The notes under the pieces were generated by a model. That model saw nothing but the letters and a program-made list of their open reading frames with translations. It ran no database searches and was not told the origin of the DNA. Below are positions 46,412 through 56,479 of a DNA stretch of 64,000 bases, piece after piece; within the stretch, counting starts at the first letter, position 1; each line of letters begins with the position of its first letter. The DNA comes from an uncultured Gemmatimonadaceae bacterium (GTDB taxonomy: Bacteria; Gemmatimonadota; Gemmatimonadetes; Gemmatimonadales; Gemmatimonadaceae): the NCBI GenBank assembly GCA_963781585.1, contig CAWAGQ010000004.1, positions 960,001 to 1,024,000 on the forward strand. Reading direction: 5' to 3'. The position numbers and the translations under genes are program-made.

Positions 46412-46453
46412 CAACGCGCCCTGCGCGCAGTCGGCAGCGCGCAGGGCGTGTTG
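46412..46453. terminator. Long hairpin between convergent genes
   Basis: CAACGCGCCCTGCGCGC-N8-GCGCGCAGGGCGTGTTG; one non-Watson-Crick pair (G:U wobble on the + strand). Confidence 0.55.
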
Positions 46454-46502
46454 GTAGGTGGGGTGTGCTCGGCCGTCGTTGATGCGGCTGCGCGCGACGC
46501 GC

Positions 46503-47069
46503 TTACGGCTGGCCACGCCCGATTGCGTGGGCTCGCTGAATCAACCCGCCGACCGCGGAGCGGATCGATGCCGCGCCATTCCGCCCTGTCGTTGGCCTCC
46601 CTGAGATTACGCGGCCGTAACCGCCGTAGACCGTGCCGACTCGTACCACGCGCCCGGCACGGTCGTACACCCGCCCATCCCTTCCGAGATACCCGATCAG
46701 CCGGCCGTTACGGTCATACACCGCGTTGCGGTTGTTCACAACGGTGCTGCGGCCATTGTAGCGATCGTCGCGGTCATGATCGTTGGCGACACGATCATCC
46801 CGGTTGTTATCGTTCCGGCCCGCAACGCTTCGATCGACGTAGTCGCAACGGCCATTGTGGTTCACGTCGTAACAGACGTTACGGTCGGCGACGCGTGCCT
46901 GGTCGTTGCATCGATTCTGCTTGGCCAGACCGGGGGGACAGCGGTCGTTTCTCGCGATGCCCGGCGGCACGTTTCGACTGCGTCCCTGGGCGCCGGCCGG
47001 AGAGACGACGAGGAGCATTGACGCGCCCACCAGCGAAATCTGCGTCATTTGACGAAGCATGTTGTTCAT
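46503..47069 (-). CDS. Hypothetical secreted Arg/Asn/Asp-rich protein
   Basis: GGAGGA RBS; signal peptide ending AGA-Q; PPGIA/CPPGLAK motif; repeated YDRNG/YDRAG units. Confidence 0.7.
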   Translation of the reverse strand: MNNMLRQMTQISLVGASMLLVVSPAGAQGRSRNVPPGIARNDRCPPGLAKQNRCNDQARVADRNVCYDVNHNGRCDYVDRSVAGRNDNNRDDRVANDHDRDDRYNGRSTVVNNRNAVYDRNGRLIGYLGRDGRVYDRAGRVVRVGTVYGGYGRVISGRPTTGRNGAASIRSAVGGLIQRAHAIGRGQP

Positions 47070-47111
47070 GGGATTCCTCCGGTTGTGCCTTCTGCAGGCA
47101 TCGGCACAAGG

Positions 47112-47127
47112 TTCATGTATGGTGCCA
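47112..47127 (-). promoter_or_regulatory. Possible sigma54 -24/-12 promoter
   Basis: TGGCAC-CATAC-ATGAA (GA instead of GC at -12), about 40 nt upstream of the ATG at 47069. Confidence 0.35.
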
Positions 47128-47450
47128 GAGGAAGCTCCATGAGACACCAGCGCATAAGTGCCTGTGCAACAGCACCTTGCATTTACCACCTTCAAGCGAC
47201 TTCTGGGCGCGTGTCCCGCCGCGGGCACGCGCCCTGTCCGTCCCAGTGTACACCAGCGGCGTCGTGTACCAGCCTCCGGACTGAGCAGGCCTAACGCGCA
47301 TGTCCCCTTCCGGGCGGCGCAGCGCCAGTGTGCCGCGCCTCTCTTGACGCTTCTTCGTGGATCAGATCGTCACCTCCGCACCCCTACCTGGGCGACGTCC
47401 CGATGCGCAACACCGCCATACGGAATACGACGGTCGCTGGGAAGAGGCTG

Positions 47451-49049
47451 CTACGTCACGCCCCTGACACCCCGTCGTTCGCTGGCGACGATCTCGTGTG
47501 CCGCCAGCAGGCCGCACGCGCCCGCATGACTGGCCGGATGCGTACCGGTGCCGCAGAGCCACAGACCGGGGAGCGGCGTGGCATATCGGGCACACTGCGG
47601 CACCGGTCGCATGAACAGCGCCTGGTCCAGTGCCAGTTCGCCATGGGTCAGACTTCCCTCGGCGACGCCGAAGCGCTCCTCGAGGTCCGCCGGGGTGAGG
47701 ATCCAGCGCGCCAGGATGCGGTCCCGGAAGTCCCACGCTACCTGCGCCAGCCTCGCTTCCACCAAATCGCCCAGGGCGGCGCGTTCCCTGTCCCCCCAGC
47801 CTCCGTGCCGTCGGTAGGGTACGTGGTGGACGTCCACCGACAGAACGTGACGCTCCGGCGGAGCGAGCGCCGCATCGAGCAGCGACGGCACGGTAAAGGT
47901 GAGAGCCGGCTCGGCCGGCATCTGACCGAATTTCGCATCATCGTATGCGCGTTCCAATCCCATGACGCCGGGCGACACCACGATGGTTCCACGCGCAAGT
48001 CCGTTCTCCCACGGTTTGCCATCGGTCGAGAACACGGGCAGGCCGTCCAGTGCGAAGTGGACCCGCGCCGTCGCCCCGCGCATGCGGATGTTGTCCACCG
48101 CCCGCAGGAGATCTGCATCGAGCCACATCGGGTCGACCAGACCGAAGGTCCGTCGCGGATCCAATCCGGAGACCACAAGCGGCGATGAAAGCTCCTCTCC
48201 GCTGTGGAGGGCGACGCCTGACACGCGACCGTCCCGAATCGTGATTTGCGCGACGTCGGCGTTCGTCCGGATGCGCGTGCCGGCGGCCTGCGCCGAGGCC
48301 GCGATCGCGTCGGCGAGCGCACCGCGTCCTCCCGCCACGACGTGTCGCATTCCGATGTGGCCGGTTCGCCAGCCCACGTGTCGGTGAAGGAACACGAAAC
48401 CCGTACCGCTCGACTGTGGACCATGCTGGATCCCATGGATACCCAGCGTGGCCAGCGCCCCCGCCAGCGATGGCTCGTCAACCCACTCGCCGACCAGGTC
48501 GGCGACAGGCATCGGAATGGCGCGCGTCACGTCCATCATGCGCCGCCGACCGAGCGCGCGGAGACGCCGTCCCACGCGCAGGATGGAGAGCAGCTCGGCG
48601 GTCGACTCGCTCTGCACGTTGGGCGCGGAGCGCGAATACAGGAGCTCCAGCAGACGTGACGCCGATCCGACGAGATCGCAGAAGCCTCGCCAGCGCGCGG
48701 TGTCCCGTTGCGACAGGCCGGCGACCGAGACCGCACGCGCCGCGCGCTCCGTGACGGCGATCGGCGGCGCCGCCGCACAGACGGCAACGAGACCGACCGG
48801 GGCGTCCGTTACGCGAAGCCCATGACGGGCCAGTCGCAGGTCGCGCGGGAGCTGTCTCGGCATCCATCCGGGATCATCGCCGCAGACGTTGACGCGATAT
48901 CCAGGATGGAACTCTTCGGTGGCGGCGGTCCCACCGATGGTCTCGCGCCGTTCGAGGACCAGCACGGTTTTCCCGCGGCGCGCGAGAAAGGCCGCGGTGG
49001 TGAGGCCGTTCACGCCGGCGCCGACGATGATCGCGTCGAACCGGCTCAC
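47451..49049 (-). CDS. Phytoene-dehydrogenase-superfamily FAD oxidoreductase (divergent paralog)
   Basis: IIVGAGVNG Rossmann motif, LERRETIGG, ERAYDDAKFG, TPLPGLWLCGTGTHP; GTGA overlap. Confidence 0.85.
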   Translation of the reverse strand: MSRFDAIIVGAGVNGLTTAAFLARRGKTVLVLERRETIGGTAATEEFHPGYRVNVCGDDPGWMPRQLPRDLRLARHGLRVTDAPVGLVAVCAAAPPIAVTERAARAVSVAGLSQRDTARWRGFCDLVGSASRLLELLYSRSAPNVQSESTAELLSILRVGRRLRALGRRRMMDVTRAIPMPVADLVGEWVDEPSLAGALATLGIHGIQHGPQSSGTGFVFLHRHVGWRTGHIGMRHVVAGGRGALADAIAASAQAAGTRIRTNADVAQITIRDGRVSGVALHSGEELSSPLVVSGLDPRRTFGLVDPMWLDADLLRAVDNIRMRGATARVHFALDGLPVFSTDGKPWENGLARGTIVVSPGVMGLERAYDDAKFGQMPAEPALTFTVPSLLDAALAPPERHVLSVDVHHVPYRRHGGWGDRERAALGDLVEARLAQVAWDFRDRILARWILTPADLEERFGVAEGSLTHGELALDQALFMRPVPQCARYATPLPGLWLCGTGTHPASHAGACGLLAAHEIVASERRGVRGVT

Positions 49050-50617
49050 GAGCGGAGAATCTCCATCGCCGCGAGCCGTCCGCCCGCGCCCATGATTCCG
49101 CCGCCGGGATGGGTGCCCGATCCGCACTGGAAGAGCCCTCGCACGGGGGTGCGATACTGCGCCCATCCCGGCGCCGGACGCAGGAAGAACAGCTGATGCA
49201 AGGCCAGCTCACCCTGGAAGATGTTGCCATCGGTGAGTCCGGTGATGCGTTCGATATCGGCCGGCGTGAGCACCTGACGACCCAGGATCGCGCGCCGGAT
49301 ATTCGGTGCAAAGCGCTCCAACGCGTCGATCACCGCGTCGCCGAAGGCCTCGCGCCTTGCGTCGTTCCAGCCACCCTGGATGTCGGACGGCGCGTACTGG
49401 ACGAAGATCGACATCACGTGCCGCCCCGGCGGTGCCATGTGTGGATCGATCATCGAGGGAATGATCACGTCCATGTATGGGCGTCGGGAGAAGCCGCCGT
49501 GTTTGGCGTCGTCGTATGCCCGTTCGACATACTCGAGCGTCGGAGAGATCGAGATGGCTCCACGCAGATGCGGACCGAAGCCGGGCAGGCAGGTGAAGTC
49601 CGGCAGCTCCCCCAACGCCAGGTTCACCTTCCCCGAAGATCCGCGGATCTTGTACCGCCGGATGTCTTCGACGAAGTCGTCGGGGAGAGTGTTGGCGTCG
49701 AGCAGTGTGAGAAAGGTGCGCTTGGGGTCGAGCGACGACACGACGATGTCGGCCTGGAGCTCGTCGCCGCCGGCCAGCGCTACGCCGGTGACGCGACCGC
49801 TCTTGGTGGTGATGCGCGCGACCTCTGCGTCGGTGCGAATCGTCGCGCCGAAGCCCTGCGCGGCGCGCGCGATGGCCGAAGAAATCGCGCCTGTGCCTCC
49901 CTTGGCGAATCCCCAGGCACGGAACGCGCCATCGATTTCGCCCATGTAGTGGTGCAGGAGCACATAGGCCGATCCCGGCGTGCGCGGCCCCATGAACGTA
50001 CCGATAATGCCGCTCGCCGATCTGGTTGCCTTGAGCACGTCGCTCTCGAACCACTCATCGAGAAAGTCGGCCGAGCTCATGGTCATCAACTTGTACAGGG
50101 CGTGAAACTGCCGCGGGTTCATTGACCGAAAATGCTTCCCGAGGCGAAGCAGGCCGCGCAGGTCCCGCGGGGAGAGTGAAGCCGGGTCGGGCGGCACCAT
50201 GCCGATGATGGGTTTCACCGCCATCGCCATGAGTCCCATCAGGCGGCCGTATTCGTCATACGCGTCCGCGTCACGCAGCGAATGGCGCGCGATCTCGCGT
50301 CTTGTCAGATCGTGGTCTGGCCACGACGCGAGGTAATCATTGTCTTCCATCGGCGTGACGGTACTCTCCAGCGGCAGGATCTCGAGACCGTAGCGCGGCA
50401 GTTCGAGGTCGCGAATGATCACGGGCCGCAGAAGGCTGACGACATACGAGAACACCGAGAACTTGAATCCCGGGAACAGCTCTTCGGTGACGGCCGCGCC
50501 GCCAACCAGCGGCCGCCGCTCCAGGACCAGCACCCGCTTGCCGCCGCGTGCCAGGTAGGCCGCGTTCACCAGGCCGTTGTGGCCTCCGCCTACCACGATG
50601 ACGTCGTAGCGGCTCAT
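49046..50617 (-). CDS. Phytoene-dehydrogenase-superfamily FAD oxidoreductase (PYROXD2-like)
   Basis: VVGGGHNG, GGAAVTEE, SAYVLLHHYMGE, GNIFQGEL, CGSGTHPGGGIMG; ATGA overlap. Confidence 0.88.
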   Translation of the reverse strand: MSRYDVIVVGGGHNGLVNAAYLARGGKRVLVLERRPLVGGAAVTEELFPGFKFSVFSYVVSLLRPVIIRDLELPRYGLEILPLESTVTPMEDNDYLASWPDHDLTRREIARHSLRDADAYDEYGRLMGLMAMAVKPIIGMVPPDPASLSPRDLRGLLRLGKHFRSMNPRQFHALYKLMTMSSADFLDEWFESDVLKATRSASGIIGTFMGPRTPGSAYVLLHHYMGEIDGAFRAWGFAKGGTGAISSAIARAAQGFGATIRTDAEVARITTKSGRVTGVALAGGDELQADIVVSSLDPKRTFLTLLDANTLPDDFVEDIRRYKIRGSSGKVNLALGELPDFTCLPGFGPHLRGAISISPTLEYVERAYDDAKHGGFSRRPYMDVIIPSMIDPHMAPPGRHVMSIFVQYAPSDIQGGWNDARREAFGDAVIDALERFAPNIRRAILGRQVLTPADIERITGLTDGNIFQGELALHQLFFLRPAPGWAQYRTPVRGLFQCGSGTHPGGGIMGAGGRLAAMEILRS

Positions 50618-51816
50618 GCGCGCTTGCGCTCCGGGTTGAAGAACGGCAGTGAGGTGACGACGGCGGGTGCGCGCTTGCGGTGGTGTTCCACCGTGATCTC
50701 GATCTCCAGCCGCATGCCGGGTGCAGCCTGATCTCGCTCGAGGTGTGCGAGTGCGATGTACCGTTTCAGCAGGGGCGACCAGCACCCACTGGTGGCGTAT
50801 CCAACCTGCGTTCCGTCGGCGCCTCCGTAGAGCGGAACGCTGGTGCGCCATGCCGTGGTGGGGAGCTTTGGCGGGAGCCCGACGTCCGCGTACAGCGACT
50901 CCAGGGCCTCCCAGTCCACGTCGACTCCCATGAGCTTCCACGCCGCCCCGCGCGCCCGTTCGGCCATCAGGGCCGAGCGACCTTCGAACGCCGGTTTGTC
51001 GAACGCCACGGTCCAGTCGAGGGAGAGCTCGAGCGGCGTCGACGTCTGCTGGTCGATTACCGCCTTGCGCGCCGACACGTAGTCGACGTCGAGGAGAATG
51101 AGCCCGGCTTCGGTACGAGCCACGTCGAGCGCCAGAATACCCGCCGGAACCAGGCCGTACGGTCCTCCCGCATCCACGACGGCGTCCCAGACGGGAATGG
51201 CGTGCTCCGCATCCATCCAGATCTCGTAGCCCAGGTCGCCGGTGTACCCTGTCCGCGTGATGTTGACGGGAACGCCGCGAATCAGCGCCGTCGTCAGGCG
51301 GAAGAACTTCACCGCGGTCAGATCGCTCTCGGCCGCGACTTCGAGAATCACCCGCGCGCTCGGGCCTTGCAGGGCGAGCGCCGCGATAGCGTCGGACACA
51401 TCATCCACGTTCACCTCGAGTCCGCGGGCATGGTCCCCGAGCCAGCGGTAGTTCGGATCGGCCGATGTCAGACGGAAGAAGTCCTCGCCCAGTCGTGACA
51501 CGGTGCCGTCATCGAGCACCTTGCCGGCGGGGTCGCACCACGGGGTGTACAGCACCTGCCCCACACGCGAGGCGCCTACATCGCGCGTGACTACGCGGTC
51601 GAGAAGCCGCGCGGCGTCGCGGCCGCGAACGTGGTACTTGTAGAGTGGCGAGATGTCGAACAGGGCCGCCGTGCTCCGCACGGCGTGATACTCGCGGTCG
51701 TGCTGGGGTTCGTACGAGCTCGCGACAAGGTACCCGGCCCACCGGCGCCAGTTGAGCGTACGGCAGAGCGGCGCGGTACGGGCGTGAAACGGCGTCCCGG
51801 GCAGCGACCAGGTCAC
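50614..51816 (-). CDS. GcvT/DmdA-family THF-dependent aminomethyltransferase/demethylase
   Basis: ALFDISPL, GKVLDDG, ALALQGP, TRTGYTGDLGYEI, RTEAG, PFFNPERKR; start GTG 51816. Confidence 0.88.
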   Translation of the reverse strand: MTWSLPGTPFHARTAPLCRTLNWRRWAGYLVASSYEPQHDREYHAVRSTAALFDISPLYKYHVRGRDAARLLDRVVTRDVGASRVGQVLYTPWCDPAGKVLDDGTVSRLGEDFFRLTSADPNYRWLGDHARGLEVNVDDVSDAIAALALQGPSARVILEVAAESDLTAVKFFRLTTALIRGVPVNITRTGYTGDLGYEIWMDAEHAIPVWDAVVDAGGPYGLVPAGILALDVARTEAGLILLDVDYVSARKAVIDQQTSTPLELSLDWTVAFDKPAFEGRSALMAERARGAAWKLMGVDVDWEALESLYADVGLPPKLPTTAWRTSVPLYGGADGTQVGYATSGCWSPLLKRYIALAHLERDQAAPGMRLEIEITVEHHRKRAPAVVTSLPFFNPERKRA

Positions 51817-51826
51817 GAAGGACGTC

Positions 51827-52459
51827 TCACGTGACCGAGAAGAGCTCCGGATGTCGCGGCACCACGCTTCCGAAGAAAGTCTTGAGCTGCACAAGATCGC
51901 CGGCCAAATCGCCCGTTGGCCAGTACGGCGCGCCGATCACCACCGCCTTGCGGCAGTAGTCCAGCCCGACTGGCACGATGGGCGCGTGCGCGCCACTTGC
52001 GAGATGCCAGAACCCCGAGCGCCACTCGCGCACTCGCTTGCGCGTGCCCTCCGGCGCCAGCGCGAGTGCGACCGCGTCCCGACGATCGAATTCCATGACC
52101 CATTGATCGATCACGTGATGTCGCCCTGACCGAACGACCGGAATCCCCCCCAACCATCGCAGCAACCAGCCGAGTGGCGCACGAAAGATCGTGTGCTTGC
52201 CGAACCATCGGGCGTCGAGGTCGATCGCCAGCGCCGCGAACAGCCCGACCAGAAAGTCCCAGTTCGACGTGTGCGGAGCCACGATGATCACCACCTTTGC
52301 CACATCGGGGAAGTTCCCCTCGACCCGCCAATCGAAGAGTGCCATTCCCAGCGCCCCGATCGCCCGCAACGTGCGACTCCCTCGTCGGGGGATCGACGGC
52401 GGAAGGACGGGAACGCGCGCCAGGCCGGTAGAGCGGAGATGGGGGTGGCAATTGTGCAA
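51827..52459 (-). CDS. PlsC-like lysophospholipid acyltransferase
   Basis: APHTSNWD (HxxxxD), LAPEGTR; start uncertain. Confidence 0.88.
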   Translation of the reverse strand: MHNCHPHLRSTGLARVPVLPPSIPRRGSRTLRAIGALGMALFDWRVEGNFPDVAKVVIIVAPHTSNWDFLVGLFAALAIDLDARWFGKHTIFRAPLGWLLRWLGGIPVVRSGRHHVIDQWVMEFDRRDAVALALAPEGTRKRVREWRSGFWHLASGAHAPIVPVGLDYCRKAVVIGAPYWPTGDLAGDLVQLKTFFGSVVPRHPELFSVT

Positions 52460-52610
52460 GATGCGACCCAGAGAAGCCCACCGCCACTCCGCGCCTCTCG
52501 GTCCCTTCCAACATCCACCGCCGTCCGATACTGTCCGAATCCGGGCGCCCTATCTGGCTCGTACGTAGCTACCAGATGTTTGTAGGTCCTCTGCTTCCGT
52601 TGCAGCGACC

Positions 52611-54485
52611 GTGAATCTCTCGATCATGCCGGACCCCGCGGCGAAACACGCGATAGGCGACTACGGCATGATCGGCGACTGTCGCAGCGCCGCGCTGATT
52701 TCGCGCTACGGGAGCCTGGATTGGCTCTGCTGGCCGGCTTTTGACAGCCCGTCGCTCTTTGCCGCGCTGCTCGATCAGGAACGCGGCGGTCACTTTCGGG
52801 TGACGCCGCGCGGCGGCGTGCGCAGTGTGCGGCGACGCTACGTCGGCGACACCGCGGTTCTCGAAACCGAATTCCAGACCGACACCGGCCTTGCACGGGT
52901 GACGGATTTCATGCCCGTCGCCTCCACGGAGGAGCGGCGCAGGCTCCTGACGCCCGACTGCCACGTCCTGCGCGTCCTGGATGGTCTCGACGGTGAAGTC
53001 GAATTCGAGATCGAGTGTCGTCCCCGGCCCGACTTCGCCCGGGTGACACCGCGGCTGATCGATCGAGGCGCCCTCGGTTTCTTCTTCGAGCACGGCGCGC
53101 GCGTCACGATAGTGCGCGCTGACCTGCCGCTGGAGTCGAGCCCCGCGGACGCGGCCGTACGGGGTCGGGTGCGCCTCCGCGCGGGCGAGCGACGCGCGGT
53201 GGCACTCGCCCACAGTGACCGCGAGATCGCGGTGCTACCAGCGCTGGGCACCACGGTCGAGCTTCGGCTTCGACAATCGCTCGCGTGGTGGAATCGCTGG
53301 GCCGCCCGCTGCTCCTACGAGGGAAAGTGGCGCGAGACCGTGATGCGCAGCGCATTGACCCTCAAGCTGATGTGCTTTGCGCCCTCGGGCGCGGTGGTCG
53401 CGGCTCCGACGACGTCGCTGCCCGAGAAGCGTGGCGGTACGCGCAACTGGGACTATCGATACTGCTGGGTGCGCGACGCCTCGCTGACGATGCAGGCGCT
53501 GTTCGACCTCGGCTACTCCCAGGAGGCCGCCGCTTTCGTCTCCTGGCTGATTCACACCACCAAGATCACCAGGCCGGCGCTGCAGATTCTGTACGATGTC
53601 TACGGCGGGGCACATCTCCACGAGCAGGAGCTTGCGCACCTGCGCGGGTTCGACGGAGCGCGTCCGGTTCGCGTGGGGAACGCCGCGTACACCCAGTTGC
53701 AGCTCGATGTCTACGGGGAAGTGATCGACGCGGTGTACGAGTTCCAGAGCCGCGGTGGCGAACTCGACGCCGCGAGCCGCGCGATGCTGCGAGCCTGGGG
53801 CTCGATGGTGACCAGGCACTGGATGGAACCGGACGAAGGGATCTGGGAGGCCCGGGCGGGCCGTCGGCATCACACGCATTCCAAGGTCATGTGCTGGCTG
53901 GCGCTCACGCGCCTGCTGCAACTGGCTGACGCCGGTGAACTGAAGATCGACAGGGACCACTACCGGACCGTGCAGCGCGCCATCCGCGAGGCCGTGGACG
54001 CGCGCGGGTACAATACGGACTTGCAGTCCTACGTGAGCGAGCTTGATGGCGCCGAGGTGGATGCAAGCCTGCTGCTGCTGGCGCGCTTCGGCTACGAGGA
54101 CGCCGCCTCGGAGCGAATGGCCGGTACCTACCGGCTGATCGAACAGCGGCTCGGCCGCAACGGCCTGCTGTACCGGTACTGCTATCCGGACGGCCTTCCC
54201 CCGGGCGACGGCGCGTTCGGGATCTGCAGTTTCTGGCAGGTCGACTACCTGGCGCGCGCCGGCCGGCTCGACGACGCCCAGCGGCTGTTCGAGCAGTTGC
54301 TCGGGTTCGCCAATGATCTGGGTCTCTACGGCGAGGAGATCGATCCCGACGACGGCGAGGCGTTAGGCAATTTTCCCCAGGCCTTCACCCACGTCGGACT
54401 GATCGACGCCGCGCTCACCATCGAGGACCGCGGCGGTGGCAAGGCGCGCGGCAGCCGCCAACCCGGGACCAAAACGCTCCAGTGA
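52611..54485 (+). CDS. Glycoside hydrolase family 15 (trehalase/glucoamylase-like)
   Basis: IGDCRSAALI, AAPTTSLPE, RNWDYRYCWVRD, DEGIWE, LGNFPQAFTH; start may be ATG 52626. Confidence 0.93.
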   Translation: MNLSIMPDPAAKHAIGDYGMIGDCRSAALISRYGSLDWLCWPAFDSPSLFAALLDQERGGHFRVTPRGGVRSVRRRYVGDTAVLETEFQTDTGLARVTDFMPVASTEERRRLLTPDCHVLRVLDGLDGEVEFEIECRPRPDFARVTPRLIDRGALGFFFEHGARVTIVRADLPLESSPADAAVRGRVRLRAGERRAVALAHSDREIAVLPALGTTVELRLRQSLAWWNRWAARCSYEGKWRETVMRSALTLKLMCFAPSGAVVAAPTTSLPEKRGGTRNWDYRYCWVRDASLTMQALFDLGYSQEAAAFVSWLIHTTKITRPALQILYDVYGGAHLHEQELAHLRGFDGARPVRVGNAAYTQLQLDVYGEVIDAVYEFQSRGGELDAASRAMLRAWGSMVTRHWMEPDEGIWEARAGRRHHTHSKVMCWLALTRLLQLADAGELKIDRDHYRTVQRAIREAVDARGYNTDLQSYVSELDGAEVDASLLLLARFGYEDAASERMAGTYRLIEQRLGRNGLLYRYCYPDGLPPGDGAFGICSFWQVDYLARAGRLDDAQRLFEQLLGFANDLGLYGEEIDPDDGEALGNFPQAFTHVGLIDAALTIEDRGGGKARGSRQPGTKTLQ

Positions 54486-54967
54486 ACCTCTCCAGCGCGC
54501 TCCTCTGGGGCCTCGTCGCCACGCTCGTGTTCACCTCGATGATGTCGGCAAGTCAGGCGCTGGGGATCTCGCGCATCGGCATCCCGAGCATGCTCGGCAC
54601 GATGTTTACGGCCGATCGCGATCGGGCCCCGATCGTAGGGTTTGGGGCACACTCGGTCCTTGGGCTCGTGTTCGCTCTGCTGTACGGGGCAATCTTCGAC
54701 AGCCTCGGCCGATCGGGTTGGGCGCTGGGAGCCCTCATGGGCCTGGCGCACGGGTTCGTGATGCTGATCGTCTTCATCCCCATGCTCCCCGGAATCCACC
54801 CACGCATGGCGAGTGAACACGACGGCCCGGACCCCACCCGTGCGCTCGAGCCACCCGGGTTTCTCGCGTTGAACTACGGCAGAACTACGCCCCTGATCGT
54901 GCTGCTCTCGCACGTCGTCTACGGGATCATCCTGGGGGCCTTCTACCACGTCGGCGCGAGCCCATAG
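54482..54967 (+). CDS. Hypothetical four-TM membrane protein
   Basis: Four hydrophobic helices with His residues; GTGA overlap with GH15. Confidence 0.75.
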   Translation: MNLSSALLWGLVATLVFTSMMSASQALGISRIGIPSMLGTMFTADRDRAPIVGFGAHSVLGLVFALLYGAIFDSLGRSGWALGALMGLAHGFVMLIVFIPMLPGIHPRMASEHDGPDPTRALEPPGFLALNYGRTTPLIVLLSHVVYGIILGAFYHVGASP

Positions 54968-54979
54968 GACCGGAGTGCC

Positions 54980-56389
54980 CTAGCGCGGAAGGCGCTCGGG
55001 CATGTCCGCCACCACATACGCCACCACGGCCATCGTTGCCACGCACAGGGCCATCTCCGCCGGATCGAGTTTGTCCACGGTGTCGGCCTCGCTGTGGTGA
55101 TACCAGAAGTACCTGGTGCCGTCGGTGGTGAGTCCCATTCCGGGAACGCCGCGTTGCATGATCGGTCCGATGTCCGCGCCTCCGCCGCCTCGGCTGACGG
55201 TTCCGGCCCCGATGCCACCGAGCAGCGCGGTGATGCGCGACATGATCGCAAAAGCCGAATCGCTTCCCGTGAATCCGAAGCCCAGGGGCTTGAACACCCC
55301 GTCATCGCTCTCGATTGCCAGCACGTGCGCGTCGAGGGCAGCCGCGTGCGCATCGCGATAGGCGTTCCCGCCCCGGGTACCGTTCTCCTCGTTGGTCCAC
55401 GCCACGACCCGGATCGTCCGCCGCGGCCGCAGCCCCAGCTCCTTGAGGAGCCGCAGGGCCTCCCACGCCACCACCACACCTCCGCCATCGTCCATCGCGC
55501 CCCGTCCCACATCCCATGAGTCGATGTGTCCCCCCATCACCACCACCTCGTCAGGCAGTGCCGACCCGCGGAGCTCACCCACGACGTTCCGCGAAGGTGC
55601 GTCAGGAAGTGTCTGCGCGCTCATGGTGAGTTTCACCACCACGCGCTGACCGCGCTCGATCATACGCTGAATCATGTCGGCGTCTTCGGTGGTGATGGCC
55701 GCGTGAGGGATCCGGCGGCCCGTGGAGTCGTAGTACATCACGCCCGTGTGCGGTGTGCGCTGCGAATAGGGCGTGACCGACCGGATCAGCGAAGCCACCG
55801 CACCAGCCTTCGCGGCTTCGATCGCGCCATTGGTGCGGTACTGAACGGTCTCGCCGTAGTTGGTGAATGGCACGTTGAACAGCACGATCCGGCCCCTGGC
55901 CTGATCCGCCCGGCGATGCAATTCGTCGAAGCTGCCGACGACCATCACGTCGGCGGTGATACCGCCTGACGGCGTGGCGATGCTTCCGCCGAGGCCCAAC
56001 ATGGGCAGGTTCTGGTCGCGCGGCTGCAGAAGGCGGGCCGACTCGGCTCCGCGCACCCAGTGGGGGACCATCGCCGCCTCACCGTGCACGTTCTCCAGCC
56101 CGTCCTTTCGCATTTCCGCGAGCACCCAGTCGATCGCCCGCTCAAGCTGCGACGACCCGCTGAGGCGATTGCCGAACGCCTCCGTGAGAACGGCCAGCCG
56201 GTTCCACGCAGCGCTGTCGCTGCGTGCCCGCGCAATGATGCGGTTCGCGGCGTCGCGATAGCGATCAGCTACGTCCTGCGCGTGGAGGCGAGCTGGACCG
56301 ATTGACGCGATCAGCGCCGCCAGCACGAAGGAGCGGGCGACCACGCGCTTCGCGCACGTCGCGCCAGCACGTCGAGACACGGGAGCCAT
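54980..56389 (-). CDS. M28-family peptidase (carboxypeptidase Q-like), secreted
   Basis: FGNRLSGS, GGHIDSWDVGRGAMDDGGG, WTNEENG, AIESD, YHHSEADT. Confidence 0.92.
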   Translation of the reverse strand: MAPVSRRAGATCAKRVVARSFVLAALIASIGPARLHAQDVADRYRDAANRIIARARSDSAAWNRLAVLTEAFGNRLSGSSQLERAIDWVLAEMRKDGLENVHGEAAMVPHWVRGAESARLLQPRDQNLPMLGLGGSIATPSGGITADVMVVGSFDELHRRADQARGRIVLFNVPFTNYGETVQYRTNGAIEAAKAGAVASLIRSVTPYSQRTPHTGVMYYDSTGRRIPHAAITTEDADMIQRMIERGQRVVVKLTMSAQTLPDAPSRNVVGELRGSALPDEVVVMGGHIDSWDVGRGAMDDGGGVVVAWEALRLLKELGLRPRRTIRVVAWTNEENGTRGGNAYRDAHAAALDAHVLAIESDDGVFKPLGFGFTGSDSAFAIMSRITALLGGIGAGTVSRGGGGADIGPIMQRGVPGMGLTTDGTRYFWYHHSEADTVDKLDPAEMALCVATMAVVAYVVADMPERLPR

Positions 56390-56479
56390 GGCAGGGCGGG
56401 TGAAGGCTGACCGGCAGATGTAGCGGTCTGCCGAATCTAGCCGAACCCGCACCCGCCGGGCATCCCGCGGGCGCGTGAC

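Noticed and set aside
47451..51816. Calling these genes crtI and gcvT
   Set aside because: No crtB/crtE or gcvH/gcvP nearby; motifs support superfamily membership only
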